Origin: an uncultured bacterium
GTDB taxonomy: Bacteria > Chloroflexota > UBA5177 > JANWHV01
Direction: 5' to 3'
DNA length: 64,000 nt
NCBI GenBank assembly: GCA_963729625.1
Contig: CAVSOU010000014.1
Span: forward strand, 1-64,000
Part shown: positions 38,997 through 48,764 of the stretch, in pieces
Layout of the letters: the number at the start of each line of letters is the position of its first letter
How positions within the stretch are numbered: position 1 is the stretch's first letter
Position numbers and translations under genes: made by a program
Notes under the pieces: generated by a model
What the model was told of the DNA's origin: nothing
Databases searched by the model: none
What the model saw: only the letters and a program-made list of their open reading frames with translations

Positions 38997-40115
38997 TTAC
39001 GATGGGAAGAAGCCCGCGAAGTGCTCGCGCCTGACCGAGGACGCCAGCGCCCGCCCGATGAGCTGAAGATCGGGTATTGCCTGCACGACATCCGGATGTC
39101 GCAGGCGGCTCACGTCGGTGATCCGTTGCAGTCCGTAGCCGTCGAGCGACGCACGCGACAGATCGATATCGTAGCGCAGGTACGTGAAGAGCTTCGGCTC
39201 GACTGGACCCCGGTTGCCTCTCAGGTCGCCGACCTCGGAGTCAATCGGTAGGCCTGCCCTACAGCGCCCGAAAATGCGACACAGCATGTCCTGCTGCACG
39301 GTGGACGCTGAAAGCATTGCCTGAGGCACGGTCGTGGCCTGGTAGAACAGCGTCATACGCTCGGGCGTTAGCCCTGGTTCGGCGCGCGATGACATACCCG
39401 TTCCCACCGACACGAGCAGCATACGATCTTCGCCACAGGGCCACCTGAGCCGATATTCATCCACCGTAGCCGAGAGGAATAGCTGAAAGGCCGGATTTGC
39501 AAATGGCGTCAAACTGCCGTCGACAAATATGTGATCGCGGTCGCCCACCGTGATCACCTCAGGTGGGAAAAAGATCGGAGCGGCGGTGCTGGCGCGTACG
39601 AGCTGCCACAGTGGAAATTGCAAGTTGCACGAGGGCAGTTCCGGATCATTGAACAGTGCGGCGGGGTTGTTCGATACCGGCCACGGAGAGTCAGTGGTGG
39701 CATCTCGGAGCATGATCAGCAGCAGTGTCCTCAACCTGTCACTGCCAAGCGTCGTGCCGGCGCCGAGCCTCTCCTTGAGCATCACTGCCAGTGGCTCGTC
39801 ATCGTACTGAAAGCGCAGCCTATCCCGCAGTCGCGCGGGGCTGAACATGAGTGGCCCGCTCTCCTCGTAGAGCGAACGAATCTCGTCTGTCGGCAGTCCG
39901 ACGGCCAGCCCGGCTGCGATAATCGCCCCAGTACTCGTTCCCGCGATGTAGTCAAAGCAGTCCGCGAGTACCAGATGGGGTTCTCCGTACGCTTCACGGG
40001 CCAGTCGCTCGATCTGCATGAGTACTTCGATGCTCAATACTCCCCGGATTCCTCCTCCATCGATGGCCAGCAACTTTCTCGGTCCACTCGCTGCCAGGAC
40101 CTCGCCCACCGACAT
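38997..40115 (-). CDS. Patatin-like phospholipase
   Basis: DGGGIRG, GTSTG, RASTAAPIFF, FVDGS, VSVGTG. Confidence 0.9.
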   Translation of the reverse strand: MSVGEVLAASGPRKLLAIDGGGIRGVLSIEVLMQIERLAREAYGEPHLVLADCFDYIAGTSTGAIIAAGLAVGLPTDEIRSLYEESGPLMFSPARLRDRLRFQYDDEPLAVMLKERLGAGTTLGSDRLRTLLLIMLRDATTDSPWPVSNNPAALFNDPELPSCNLQFPLWQLVRASTAAPIFFPPEVITVGDRDHIFVDGSLTPFANPAFQLFLSATVDEYRLRWPCGEDRMLLVSVGTGMSSRAEPGLTPERMTLFYQATTVPQAMLSASTVQQDMLCRIFGRCRAGLPIDSEVGDLRGNRGPVEPKLFTYLRYDIDLSRASLDGYGLQRITDVSRLRHPDVVQAIPDLQLIGRALASSVRREHFAGFFPS

Positions 40116-40260
40116 CTAGATCCTCCCAAACCGCAATTCAGCTGAGCCTGAAACACGCTCGAGCGCCGCCTCCGGTCCCGAGCGTGGATTGGTGCGCTGC
40201 CAAAACAAGGCCGATTCGACCCCGTTCAGGGCCGATGGCGAGCATGCAGGAGTTGCACGT

Positions 40261-41445
40261 TCAGGTACTGACGCCGACGACGAGGCCAAGGCCGAACGTC
40301 CCTCCGCCCACGATAAGGCCAGCGAGCGTCATTTCAAGGCCGGAAAACCACCAGCTTCGCAGTGTGAAAAGGGACTTCGCGGCACCCACGCCGAAGTGCG
40401 CTAGCAACGATACGGCGAACGCGATGACCAATCCGCGGGCTCCGCCGACGAAGAAGAACGGGATCACCGGGATAATCGCGCCCAATCCCGTGCTCACCAG
40501 GCCGGCGACTGCCGCGGTCCAGGGGTCCTTCCCCTGTTCGAGCCCGCCGAACTCTTCGACGGCAAGAGCGCTGAGCATGGCCTCCGGGCTGCGGGACAGC
40601 TTTGCGACGAAGTCTTCTGCTTCAGCCTTGCTCAGTCCCTTGAGTTGGTAGAAGAGCGCTAGTTCCTCCGCCTCCTCTGCCGGATGGATCTCCAGCTCTC
40701 TTCTCTCTTGCGCGAGGGTAGCTTCGGCTATCTCGTTGGCTGAACGTGCCGCCAACCAGGCTCCCACGCCCATGGAGAGCGCGGACGCAATCGCCCCGGC
40801 AAGGCCTGCTGTGAGCACGCTGACCCTCGTGGCCCCTGTGGCGCCGGACACGCCGGCGACGACGCCGAAGACTGCTGCCAACCCATCATTGGCCCCGTAG
40901 ATGGCATCGGACACCCAGCCCGAGCTCGTGTGGTGTCGCTCGCGGCTGAGCATGCGGTCCAGGCTGGCCTGAATCGTTTCCTTCGACTCCACCGGCAAAT
41001 GTAGCGCGGATTGTCCCAGCATGTCGCTCACGGCCATCGCGTGCGATCGTTCGTCCCGCCTGAGTTCCTGCAGCACGGCATCAGTGGCTGGATCGCCCGT
41101 TGGCCTTCCGTATTGGTGGAGAACCTCCTCGTCCTCTGCCGCTTCGCGGGCGCGAAGGAGCCGGTCGATCGGGGCCAGTCGCGCCTGCATACGAAGCCAC
41201 GAGGAAATATGCACCGTCGAGGGATCGGGAATCTCGACGTGCAACTCGCGAAGACGCGCCTCGATAATGCTTCGGTGCTTGCCCTCCGCGTCAGCTATCG
41301 CGCGGAGTATGCCCGACCGGTGATTATCAGGTTCTCGCGCCGCTATGACGTCGTAGACGTACCGAGCCTGAATCTCACCGCGCCAAGCGGCGAGCAAGCG
41401 CTGGGCGGCCGCCGCCGATGCTTCCTGACTGGTTTCTTGCTTCAT
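40261..41445 (-). CDS. Rubrerythrin/ferritin-like domain fused to VIT1/CCC1 transporter (MbfA-like)
   Basis: N-terminal E..EGKH and E..ERSH di-iron helices; DAIYGANDGL, ALSMGVG, IIPVIPFF. Confidence 0.88.
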   Translation of the reverse strand: MKQETSQEASAAAAQRLLAAWRGEIQARYVYDVIAAREPDNHRSGILRAIADAEGKHRSIIEARLRELHVEIPDPSTVHISSWLRMQARLAPIDRLLRAREAAEDEEVLHQYGRPTGDPATDAVLQELRRDERSHAMAVSDMLGQSALHLPVESKETIQASLDRMLSRERHHTSSGWVSDAIYGANDGLAAVFGVVAGVSGATGATRVSVLTAGLAGAIASALSMGVGAWLAARSANEIAEATLAQERRELEIHPAEEAEELALFYQLKGLSKAEAEDFVAKLSRSPEAMLSALAVEEFGGLEQGKDPWTAAVAGLVSTGLGAIIPVIPFFFVGGARGLVIAFAVSLLAHFGVGAAKSLFTLRSWWFSGLEMTLAGLIVGGGTFGLGLVVGVST

Positions 41446-41623
41446 GCCGCGGCGTGCTGCTCCTTTCGTGACAGCGCCTCTTGAACGACACATGCCACTC
41501 CGAGGCGTGTTTCTTCTATGCTATCGCGCTCGGTCATGTTCGGTGTCAGGCCTCACAATAGACGAGCAGGAATCTGCGTAAGGGCGCACACGTCACGGGA
41601 CGCGGCGCCCGACGCGATCAGCA

Positions 41624-42118
41624 TCATGCCAATGTGGAGAGCCAGACAGCAAGCGCGACGATCGCGACATTGACGAACAGGTTGACCACCGAGAGTTGTA
41701 TGGACCGCAACTGAAGCGACTTTCGCCGCTCGGGCTCCAGAATGCTGGTGGCCTGGCCTGCCGATTGCTCGAGACGGGGGCCGTAATATGCCCCGTGGAT
41801 GCAGGTCAGCACGAGCACGATTGCCACCAACACAATCTTGGCGATTAATACGTGGCCCCACTTCGAGTCACGCAGAATCGATGCGGATACACCATGTGCG
41901 TTCGCGTTAAGCAGCCCGGTGACGAGCAGCACGGCGAGCGACAATCCGCCATAGACGCCGAATCTGCGGCCGACAAGACTGACAATACGCACGCGCTCGG
42001 GCTCGGACAAGGAGTGCCTGACCACTGGAAGTAGCACCATGAAAAGGAAGAGCTGGCCGCCCAACCAAAACATGGCTGCCATCACGTGCAGCCACAAGAT
42101 CACGGCCGCCGAGCTCAT
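41624..42118 (-). CDS. CopD-like/DUF4149 four-helix membrane protein
   Basis: WLHVMAAMFWLGG, LLVTG, LIAKIVLV, HGAYYGP. Confidence 0.75.
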   Translation of the reverse strand: MSSAAVILWLHVMAAMFWLGGQLFLFMVLLPVVRHSLSEPERVRIVSLVGRRFGVYGGLSLAVLLVTGLLNANAHGVSASILRDSKWGHVLIAKIVLVAIVLVLTCIHGAYYGPRLEQSAGQATSILEPERRKSLQLRSIQLSVVNLFVNVAIVALAVWLSTLA

Positions 42119-42172
42119 TCACACTCTCGCATGTGTGATGCCTTCGCGTTCGCGCGCGCCAGGGCCGTCGGC

Positions 42173-43210
42173 TCAAACCGGTGTCGCGATGCGCCAGTAA
42201 AGCTCTTCGTCTATTTGTCCAGTCTCGATGAGGTGGCGTATCTGCTTGAGGCGTGTAAACGCCCTGAACGCAAAGGTATCGGGTGACATGCGAATGGACA
42301 TAAAGACCTCATGGAGCTCACGCGCACCTGTCGCCGCGTCGCGGCTACAGCTGAATGCCGGCATGTGCGCTCGGATCTTCTCGAAGGACACCCGGTAGCT
42401 GCGGTTGTCCTTGTCTGGCTTTCCAAACGTGACCGTGCATCCCGGAAACGCCTCTGCCACTATCGTGGCGACTTCCCTGACCCTGTAGTTGAAGCGCGAG
42501 TCGCCAACATTGAACACCTGATTGTGCACGGCGGCTGGCGGCGCATCGAGCGTACACGCTATCGCCTCGCAGATGTCGAGGACATGCACGAGCGGCCGCC
42601 ATGGCGTGCCGTCACTGGTCATGGCGATCGTGCCTGTCGTCCATGCCAGGCCGGCCAGGTTGTTGAGCACGATATCGAAGCGCATCCTTGGTGACGGGCC
42701 GAACGCAGTGGCATTGCGCAGGAACGTCGGCGAGAAGTAGTCACCCGCCAATGTCTGCACGTCGCGCTCCACCAGGAGTTTGCACTCGGCATATGCAGTC
42801 TGCGGATTCGGGACGCTTTCCTCAGTCATGATCTCGTCCGAGCCTACCCCGTAGACGCTGCAGGACGACGTGTACACGAAGCGACGCACGCCCGCCTCTT
42901 TGGCCAGCTTGGCCAGCCGCACGCTGCCAATATGATTGATCCGGTAGGTAAGTCCCGGGTTCTGCTGACCCAGTGGATCGTTCGACAGCTCGGCCAGATG
43001 CACAACTGCATCAACACCTGCGAAGTCCTGGACATCCAGCGTGCGTATGTCCTTACGAATTGACGTGGCGCCAGGGTCGATCGTGCCGTAGAGCAGACCG
43101 TCGCGATAGAAGCCGGTGTCCAATCCGGATACCTCGTGACCGCGTGCCTTGAGCACCGGGACCAGCTGTGAGCCGATATATCCGTCTGTCCCGGTAACAA
43201 GTACGTTCAT
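42173..43210 (-). CDS. NAD-dependent nucleotide-sugar epimerase/dehydratase
   Basis: VLVTGTDGYIG, HLAELSNDP, SSCSVYG, YAECK, LRNATAFG, DGTPWRP. Confidence 0.9.
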   Translation of the reverse strand: MNVLVTGTDGYIGSQLVPVLKARGHEVSGLDTGFYRDGLLYGTIDPGATSIRKDIRTLDVQDFAGVDAVVHLAELSNDPLGQQNPGLTYRINHIGSVRLAKLAKEAGVRRFVYTSSCSVYGVGSDEIMTEESVPNPQTAYAECKLLVERDVQTLAGDYFSPTFLRNATAFGPSPRMRFDIVLNNLAGLAWTTGTIAMTSDGTPWRPLVHVLDICEAIACTLDAPPAAVHNQVFNVGDSRFNYRVREVATIVAEAFPGCTVTFGKPDKDNRSYRVSFEKIRAHMPAFSCSRDAATGARELHEVFMSIRMSPDTFAFRAFTRLKQIRHLIETGQIDEELYWRIATPV

Positions 43211-43239
43211 TCGAATTATCTCCCTGCGACTGCGCTGCG

Positions 43240-43884
43240 TCAGAGCGCGATCTTCTTGCTGTAGAATGCCTCGGCGAAACCCGACGGCGATGCAGACTCC
43301 ATGCCCCGAATACGCAACAGCGAATAGAACAGGTCCGAAGTGAACCAGTGTTTGCCTCGCTGAGTACCAAAACACGCCAATAAGTGGTCAATCTTTGCCT
43401 GGCAGGTCTCCCTGTCCAGGTGAAAATACACATTTGGCACGCCGAAGTCGCCGTCGTACTTGGGAATCTCGTATTCAAGGATGAGGTGGTTCCTGAACGT
43501 ATTCCAGGTCAGCTCGTTGACGAGGCGATGATCCTGGTGCGCATCTCTTGCCTGATGAGTGAAGATCACATCAGGAAGGAAAGCGGACTTGAGGGCCTCA
43601 AAGCAATCCTTGATCTCCGCGCCCGTGTACGGAAAGTACCCGTCTCTAAATCCGTGCACGTCTATGGTGCGCGACGACGCCTGCGCCAACATCAGTTCAG
43701 CGCTCTGCCGTGCCTCAGCGGCACGCTCGCCACCGGCGCCGAACACTACCCAGCGAACGTCGGCCTCGGGACACATCGCGAGCAACCGGAAGACGGTGCC
43801 GCCACATCCGATCTCGATGTCGTCACTATGTGCCCCGAGGCACAGCACGCGTCTCGGTGGGCTGGCGAAAGTCAGGGCCTGCAT
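43240..43884 (-). CDS. PIG-L/LmbE-family deacetylase
   Basis: LGAHSDDIEIGCGG, HQDH, LEYEIPKYDGD, AEAF. Confidence 0.9.
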   Translation of the reverse strand: MQALTFASPPRRVLCLGAHSDDIEIGCGGTVFRLLAMCPEADVRWVVFGAGGERAAEARQSAELMLAQASSRTIDVHGFRDGYFPYTGAEIKDCFEALKSAFLPDVIFTHQARDAHQDHRLVNELTWNTFRNHLILEYEIPKYDGDFGVPNVYFHLDRETCQAKIDHLLACFGTQRGKHWFTSDLFYSLLRIRGMESASPSGFAEAFYSKKIAL

Positions 43885-43900
43885 GCTCGTGCGTGTCCTT

Positions 43901-44695
43901 CTACCCTACGCGTGGGACCGGCTTGAGCCAGACTTCCCAGGGAACGTCGCCACGCGCGTACATGTCATCAAATTGCTGCTTCTCTTTGAAGGTGTCCATA
44001 CACGACCAGAAACCATCATGCTTGTAGGCGGATAGCTGATTCTCGGCAATCAACCGCTGAAACGGCTCGTGGACCAGTTCATCTCCGGGCTGAATGTAGT
44101 CAAATATCTCATGCTTGAAAACGAAGAACCCGCCGTTAATCCGAAAATCTGCATCGCGCGCGTCATGGATGCTGCGCACAGCGCCATCGGGGTCGATTGT
44201 GACGCGATGGAACGTTTGCGTCGGTCTGACTGCCACGAAGCAGCCAATTTTCCCCGCGTCGCAGAAGTGGTCCAAGAGGGTAGGCAACGCCAAATCGGTC
44301 AGCCCATCGGTGTAGTTAGCCAGGAAGACCTTCTCGCCATCGAGATACGGTTCAACTGCCTTCAGCCGCTGACCGATGTTGGAGGTCAATCCGGTGTCGA
44401 TGAACGTAATTCGCCAATTCTGAATATCGCTGCTCAGAAGCTGCAGGTTTCGCCCGCCATCGGATAAGGTGAAGTCATTGGAGACAGCTTCGTTGTAGTT
44501 GAGAAAATACTCCTTGATCACATGCGCCCTGTAACCCAAGCACAGGATGAAGTCCGTATGTCCGTAGTGAGCGTAGTACTTCATCACGTGCCACAGTATT
44601 GGGTGGTTACCAATCGGAACCATCGGTTTCGGCACGCTTTCAGAGAATTCCCTGAGGCGCATGCCCAATCCACCACAGAACAATACTACCTTCAT
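43901..44695 (-). CDS. rfbF: Glucose-1-phosphate cytidylyltransferase-like nucleotidyltransferase
   Basis: LFCGGLGMRL, PKPMVPIG, INGGFF, GFWSCMDTFKE. Confidence 0.88.
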   Translation of the reverse strand: MKVVLFCGGLGMRLREFSESVPKPMVPIGNHPILWHVMKYYAHYGHTDFILCLGYRAHVIKEYFLNYNEAVSNDFTLSDGGRNLQLLSSDIQNWRITFIDTGLTSNIGQRLKAVEPYLDGEKVFLANYTDGLTDLALPTLLDHFCDAGKIGCFVAVRPTQTFHRVTIDPDGAVRSIHDARDADFRINGGFFVFKHEIFDYIQPGDELVHEPFQRLIAENQLSAYKHDGFWSCMDTFKEKQQFDDMYARGDVPWEVWLKPVPRVG

Positions 44696-44798
44696 CGCGC
44701 CTCACTCCCTTGATTGTGGGCGGACACGCTATCCGACTGGCTCTGTTCGCGCCGACGGCCTGCGGTTGCCGCAGGTACCGGTAGTCTAAACGTACCAC

Positions 44799-45680
44799 TC
44801 ACAAACGGGATGCGCTCGTCTCACCCGCGGTCGCTTCGGAGAGCTGCATCGGTTGCAGCGGTTGAGCGGACGCCAGCCTGTATGCGCCTCGCGGGCGGTG
44901 CACCCATTCGCGTAGAATCGTCTTCAAGACACGAAGGCCGTCCGGACCTGCTCGAAGATTACTTGCTCCTGTGAGACGACTTGCTTCGAAGCTCGGCACT
45001 TCGATAACCTTGAGTCCGGCGTTGGCCACCCGCACGTTGATCAGCGTTTCCACCTCGAAACCGTCGGCGTCCACGTTCAGTGCCGATAGATGGCGGGCCC
45101 AGAAAGCGTTGTAACCATAGCAGAGATCCGAGTAATCGGTTCGGAACAGGAGGTTGACGCAATGGGTCAGCACCAGATTCCCCAGACGTCGCACCAACGT
45201 GATATCGGCGCTCCCTCCTCCTTCCAGGAATCTAGAGCCCTTCGCGAAGTCCGAGCCGGCAAGCAACGCACTCACGAAAAGTGGTATTTCTTGACCGTCA
45301 GCAGATCCGTCGGCGTCCAGCATCACGATAATGTCTCCGCGAGCAGCGTCGAACCCGCATGCCAGCGCGCTGCCCTTTCCACGCCGGGATTCCTGAACCA
45401 CTTTGATGCCCGGCCAGTGCGCGGATGCCACCGCGACCGTGTCGTCCGCGGAGTGGCCATCGACCAGAATCACCTCATAGACGTCGTTTGGAATACGAGC
45501 TAGCACATGCGGAAGGTTTAGGGCTTCGTTCTTTGCTGGTATTACCACGCTGACGCGTGGCCAGCTCGTGTTCGTAGTGCGGCGCCGATCCAGCATCGGT
45601 GCAGGTGCGTCCTCCGATGCACCGCGCGCCATTTCGTAGCACGTGCCTGCAGGCTCTAGGTGCGACGTTTTCAGTTGCAT
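44799..45680 (-). CDS. GT2 glycosyltransferase (DPM1-like)
   Basis: VSVVIPAKNEA, VDGHSADDT, GKGSAL, MLDADGS, KGSRF; start uncertain. Confidence 0.88.
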   Translation of the reverse strand: MQLKTSHLEPAGTCYEMARGASEDAPAPMLDRRRTTNTSWPRVSVVIPAKNEALNLPHVLARIPNDVYEVILVDGHSADDTVAVASAHWPGIKVVQESRRGKGSALACGFDAARGDIIVMLDADGSADGQEIPLFVSALLAGSDFAKGSRFLEGGGSADITLVRRLGNLVLTHCVNLLFRTDYSDLCYGYNAFWARHLSALNVDADGFEVETLINVRVANAGLKVIEVPSFEASRLTGASNLRAGPDGLRVLKTILREWVHRPRGAYRLASAQPLQPMQLSEATAGETSASRL

Positions 45681-46064
45681 CGTCAGTGGGCTTCCCCTCT
45701 TGCACTTTCCAGGCTCAGTGTATGGTTGACCATTCGGGCGACAGCCTCCAAGCACCGCAAGGAGCGAGATCTGATGTACGCGACCCCCTCCGCACGACGC
45801 GGCTCCATCGCCAGGCATGAGCTGCTCCGGTCCCACTCGCGGGTCAAAGTGTCTCGAATACTTGCGAGGAAGGCCGGCCAGAGGCGAGGGCGTGCTCCGT
45901 CGCCGGATTCAGCGGCGAGCTACCAGAACATGTTGCGCCCCAGCGGACCCTGCAGCACGGCGCGTAGACTGGCGGCGATGCCAGAGGACCGCTGCCTTCG
46001 CGCCACGTGAATCTCTTCCCTATCTTGCGTAACCGCGACATTTACGATTGGCTACAACTGTTCC

Positions 46065-46099
46065 TGACTCCAGAATAGATAGAACTATTCATGTAGTCA
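46065..46099. promoter_or_regulatory. Palindromic site in the AT-rich divergent promoter
   Basis: TGACT..GAATAG-N6-CTATTC..AGTCA between the divergent GT2 and GH26 genes. Confidence 0.4.
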
Positions 46100-46283
46100 A
46101 TACTGCTTAAGCTGTTGTGGCGTGCCACCTCGATGGGATAGGTAGCCGTGCCAGACCCGTGAGTATGAAGAGATTGACCGCATTCTACTGGCAAGTTAGG
46201 ACGGGAGCCAGTAGCATTCTCATCAATGGCATGTCAGAGCCGGCCCGTGACCGACTTCAATACATCGCTCCGGCGCCAATGAA

Positions 46284-47525
46284 ATGAGCCCGTTGATTGG
46301 TGCTCATTCAGTGATCCCCGCACGGTTCGGTCGCGCCGATCGTCTGGGTGTGGCTTCTCAGCGCCTGCGGCTGGCATGCACGCTTTTCGTGTTAGTTGTC
46401 TCATTGTCACTCGCGGGAAATACGCGCGTGAACGCAGGGCGTCAAGGCGATCAATTTCAGAACACTGTCGCCCTCGGCATCACGATCAGTCTTGGATCTG
46501 AGACCGTGTTCAGCAATCCCGGGCTCCTCGACGCCTACGCGTCGCTCACCGGCAGAATGCCTGCGATCGTCAACGTCGGCAGCGACTGGGAGCACTACCC
46601 GGAATTCAACGCCACAGTCATGGGGGCGATCAGATCCCGTGGCGGCATGCCGATGTGGACCTGGCTTCCGGACAACTACAACCTCGCGGGTTATCAGCCC
46701 GGTTTCAAGCTCACGACCATTGCGTCAGGGGCCTACGACGACTATATCAGACGTTTCGCAATGGACGCGAAGAACTGGGGCTTTCCTTTCCTCCTGAGAT
46801 TCGCTCACGAGATGAACGCGACCTGGTACCCGTGGAGCACGGGGACGGGAAACGCCAATGGGAATAGTCCAAGCGACTACATCGCGGCATGGCGGCACGT
46901 TCACGATATCTTCACTAGCGTCGGCGCATCGAATGTGCTATGGGTCTGGTGCGTGAACACGGAATCTCCCAGTGCCACGCCGATAGCGCAGGACTATCCG
47001 GGCGACGCGTACGTTGACTGGGTCGCGATGGATGGGTATAACTTCGGGTCAACGGTGCCGAACGGCCAGTGGCTATCACTTGCCCAGGTTTTCTTGCCCA
47101 CGTATCAGGACATCAGCAGGTTGACGTCCAAGCCCTTGATGATCTCGGAGCTCTCTAGCGCCGAACAGGGTGGCGACAAGGCGGCCTGGATTACTGATGG
47201 CTTGCTCAGCGCGTTGCCTTCCCTGCTGCCTCGCGTGCGGGCGGTGCTGTGGTTCGATGCTGTCGACGGCTATGACTGGCGAGTCGACACTTCAACAGCA
47301 TCATTGACTGCATTTCGACAGGTTGTCGCGTCGCCGATGTTCCAGAGTACCTTTGATCCCTTTGTCGTGGACGACGCTCCTGTCCCAGCGGCTCCGCAGG
47401 CGCTGCCTACCATTGTGGTCGCTCATGGTCCGCCACCTCCGCCGGCGCGGAAGCCGGTGCGAGGGTCCAGGACGGCGCGAAGGACATTTCGATGGGGCAG
47501 TCCGCGATCGCCTATCCCGTCGTGA
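46284..47525 (+). CDS. GH26 glycoside hydrolase (beta-mannanase-like), exported
   Basis: LRFAHEMNATWYPW, AAWRHV, YPGDAYVDWVAMDGYN, KPLMISE. Confidence 0.9.
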   Translation: MSPLIGAHSVIPARFGRADRLGVASQRLRLACTLFVLVVSLSLAGNTRVNAGRQGDQFQNTVALGITISLGSETVFSNPGLLDAYASLTGRMPAIVNVGSDWEHYPEFNATVMGAIRSRGGMPMWTWLPDNYNLAGYQPGFKLTTIASGAYDDYIRRFAMDAKNWGFPFLLRFAHEMNATWYPWSTGTGNANGNSPSDYIAAWRHVHDIFTSVGASNVLWVWCVNTESPSATPIAQDYPGDAYVDWVAMDGYNFGSTVPNGQWLSLAQVFLPTYQDISRLTSKPLMISELSSAEQGGDKAAWITDGLLSALPSLLPRVRAVLWFDAVDGYDWRVDTSTASLTAFRQVVASPMFQSTFDPFVVDDAPVPAAPQALPTIVVAHGPPPPPARKPVRGSRTARRTFRWGSPRSPIPS

Positions 47526-47636
47526 TTTCTGACATTGCCGCGCAGGCGGGACCGTTGAGCGCAGCCAGGTTTCGCCACGTCAACGTGCGTCATCTGGCAC
47601 ACTGAAGCATAGTGCTCGGGCGGCGAATGGGAAACG

Positions 47637-48764
47637 ATGATGGCGGACAGGCGCTTGGCGATTACTGTGCTTCCCCCGATGTACCTCGAGTCGAGCGTTG
47701 TGCAGTCCCGACAGCCGTTGGTCTCAATAATCATCGACAACTATAACTATCGCGAGTTTCTCCCCTTGGCCATATCGAGCGCGCTCGGGCAGACGTACCC
47801 GAAGGTGGAGGTCGTCGTGGTAGACGACGGTTCCACTGACGGCTCGCAGTCAGTCGTTCAGGGTTACGGCGACCGCGTCACGGCGATATTGAAGGCGAAC
47901 GGCGGGCAGGCTTCGGCATTCAACGCGGGGTTTGCACGCAGCAGTGGCGAGATCGTTGTCTTTCTGGACTCAGACGACATATTGTTGCCGAATGCAATCT
48001 GCCTCGTCGTAGACGCGTTTCGAGACGACCCCCGTCTGGCAAAGGTTCATTTTCACATGTCTGTCATCGATGCCGAAGGTCGCCTGACCGGTGCGTCAAG
48101 ACCCCCCGCTTACGCGACGATGCTCGATGGCGACCTGCGCCGGCACTATCTGACGTTTCCCGACGACGTATGGCGGTTGCCCACAAGCGGAAATGCATTC
48201 GCCGCGGCGGTGCTTCGCCGGATTCTCCCAATCGACGAAGCAGCGTATCGGGGCGGCGCGGATACGTATCTCACGCATGTCGCTCCACTTTATGGACGGG
48301 TCCGCTATTTGCCCTGTGAATGCGCGTACTACAGGATCCATGGGCAGAACAACTACGAGTTGGATGGCACGAGACTGAATCTGGCCAGGATTCGGCGGAA
48401 TGTAACCCACTCGCGGCAGACGCACATCCACATCAATGCTCATGCAGTTTGCGTTGGCCTGCTCGACGGTCAGCGCGAGATACTCTCGGTCTCCTACATA
48501 ATCAACCGCATGATCTCGCTCAGGTTGCAGCCCAGGCAGCACCCAGTGGCTGGTGACTCGCGGTGGAAGCTCTTCGGACTTGGCATGCGCGCGTCTGCCG
48601 AGCGCTTCGATGCCGGGCCTGCCATGCGGATGGCGTACGTTGGCTGGTTCATCGGCATGGCGCTGGGACCGCGCCCGCTGGCGTGGCGGCTCGCACGTCA
48701 AATGGTATTTCCGCAGACCAGGCCGCGCCTCAACCTGGTGTTGAAGGTCCTCGGTCGTGGTTAG
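47637..48764 (+). CDS. GT2 glycosyltransferase
   Basis: VSIIIDNYNY, VDDGSTDGS, NGGQASAFNAG, FLDSDD, YRIHGQN. Confidence 0.9.
   Translation: MMADRRLAITVLPPMYLESSVVQSRQPLVSIIIDNYNYREFLPLAISSALGQTYPKVEVVVVDDGSTDGSQSVVQGYGDRVTAILKANGGQASAFNAGFARSSGEIVVFLDSDDILLPNAICLVVDAFRDDPRLAKVHFHMSVIDAEGRLTGASRPPAYATMLDGDLRRHYLTFPDDVWRLPTSGNAFAAAVLRRILPIDEAAYRGGADTYLTHVAPLYGRVRYLPCECAYYRIHGQNNYELDGTRLNLARIRRNVTHSRQTHIHINAHAVCVGLLDGQREILSVSYIINRMISLRLQPRQHPVAGDSRWKLFGLGMRASAERFDAGPAMRMAYVGWFIGMALGPRPLAWRLARQMVFPQTRPRLNLVLKVLGRG

Noticed and set aside
38997-40115. Patatin as a CBASS CapV effector
   Set aside because: No CD-NTase or other defence genes nearby.
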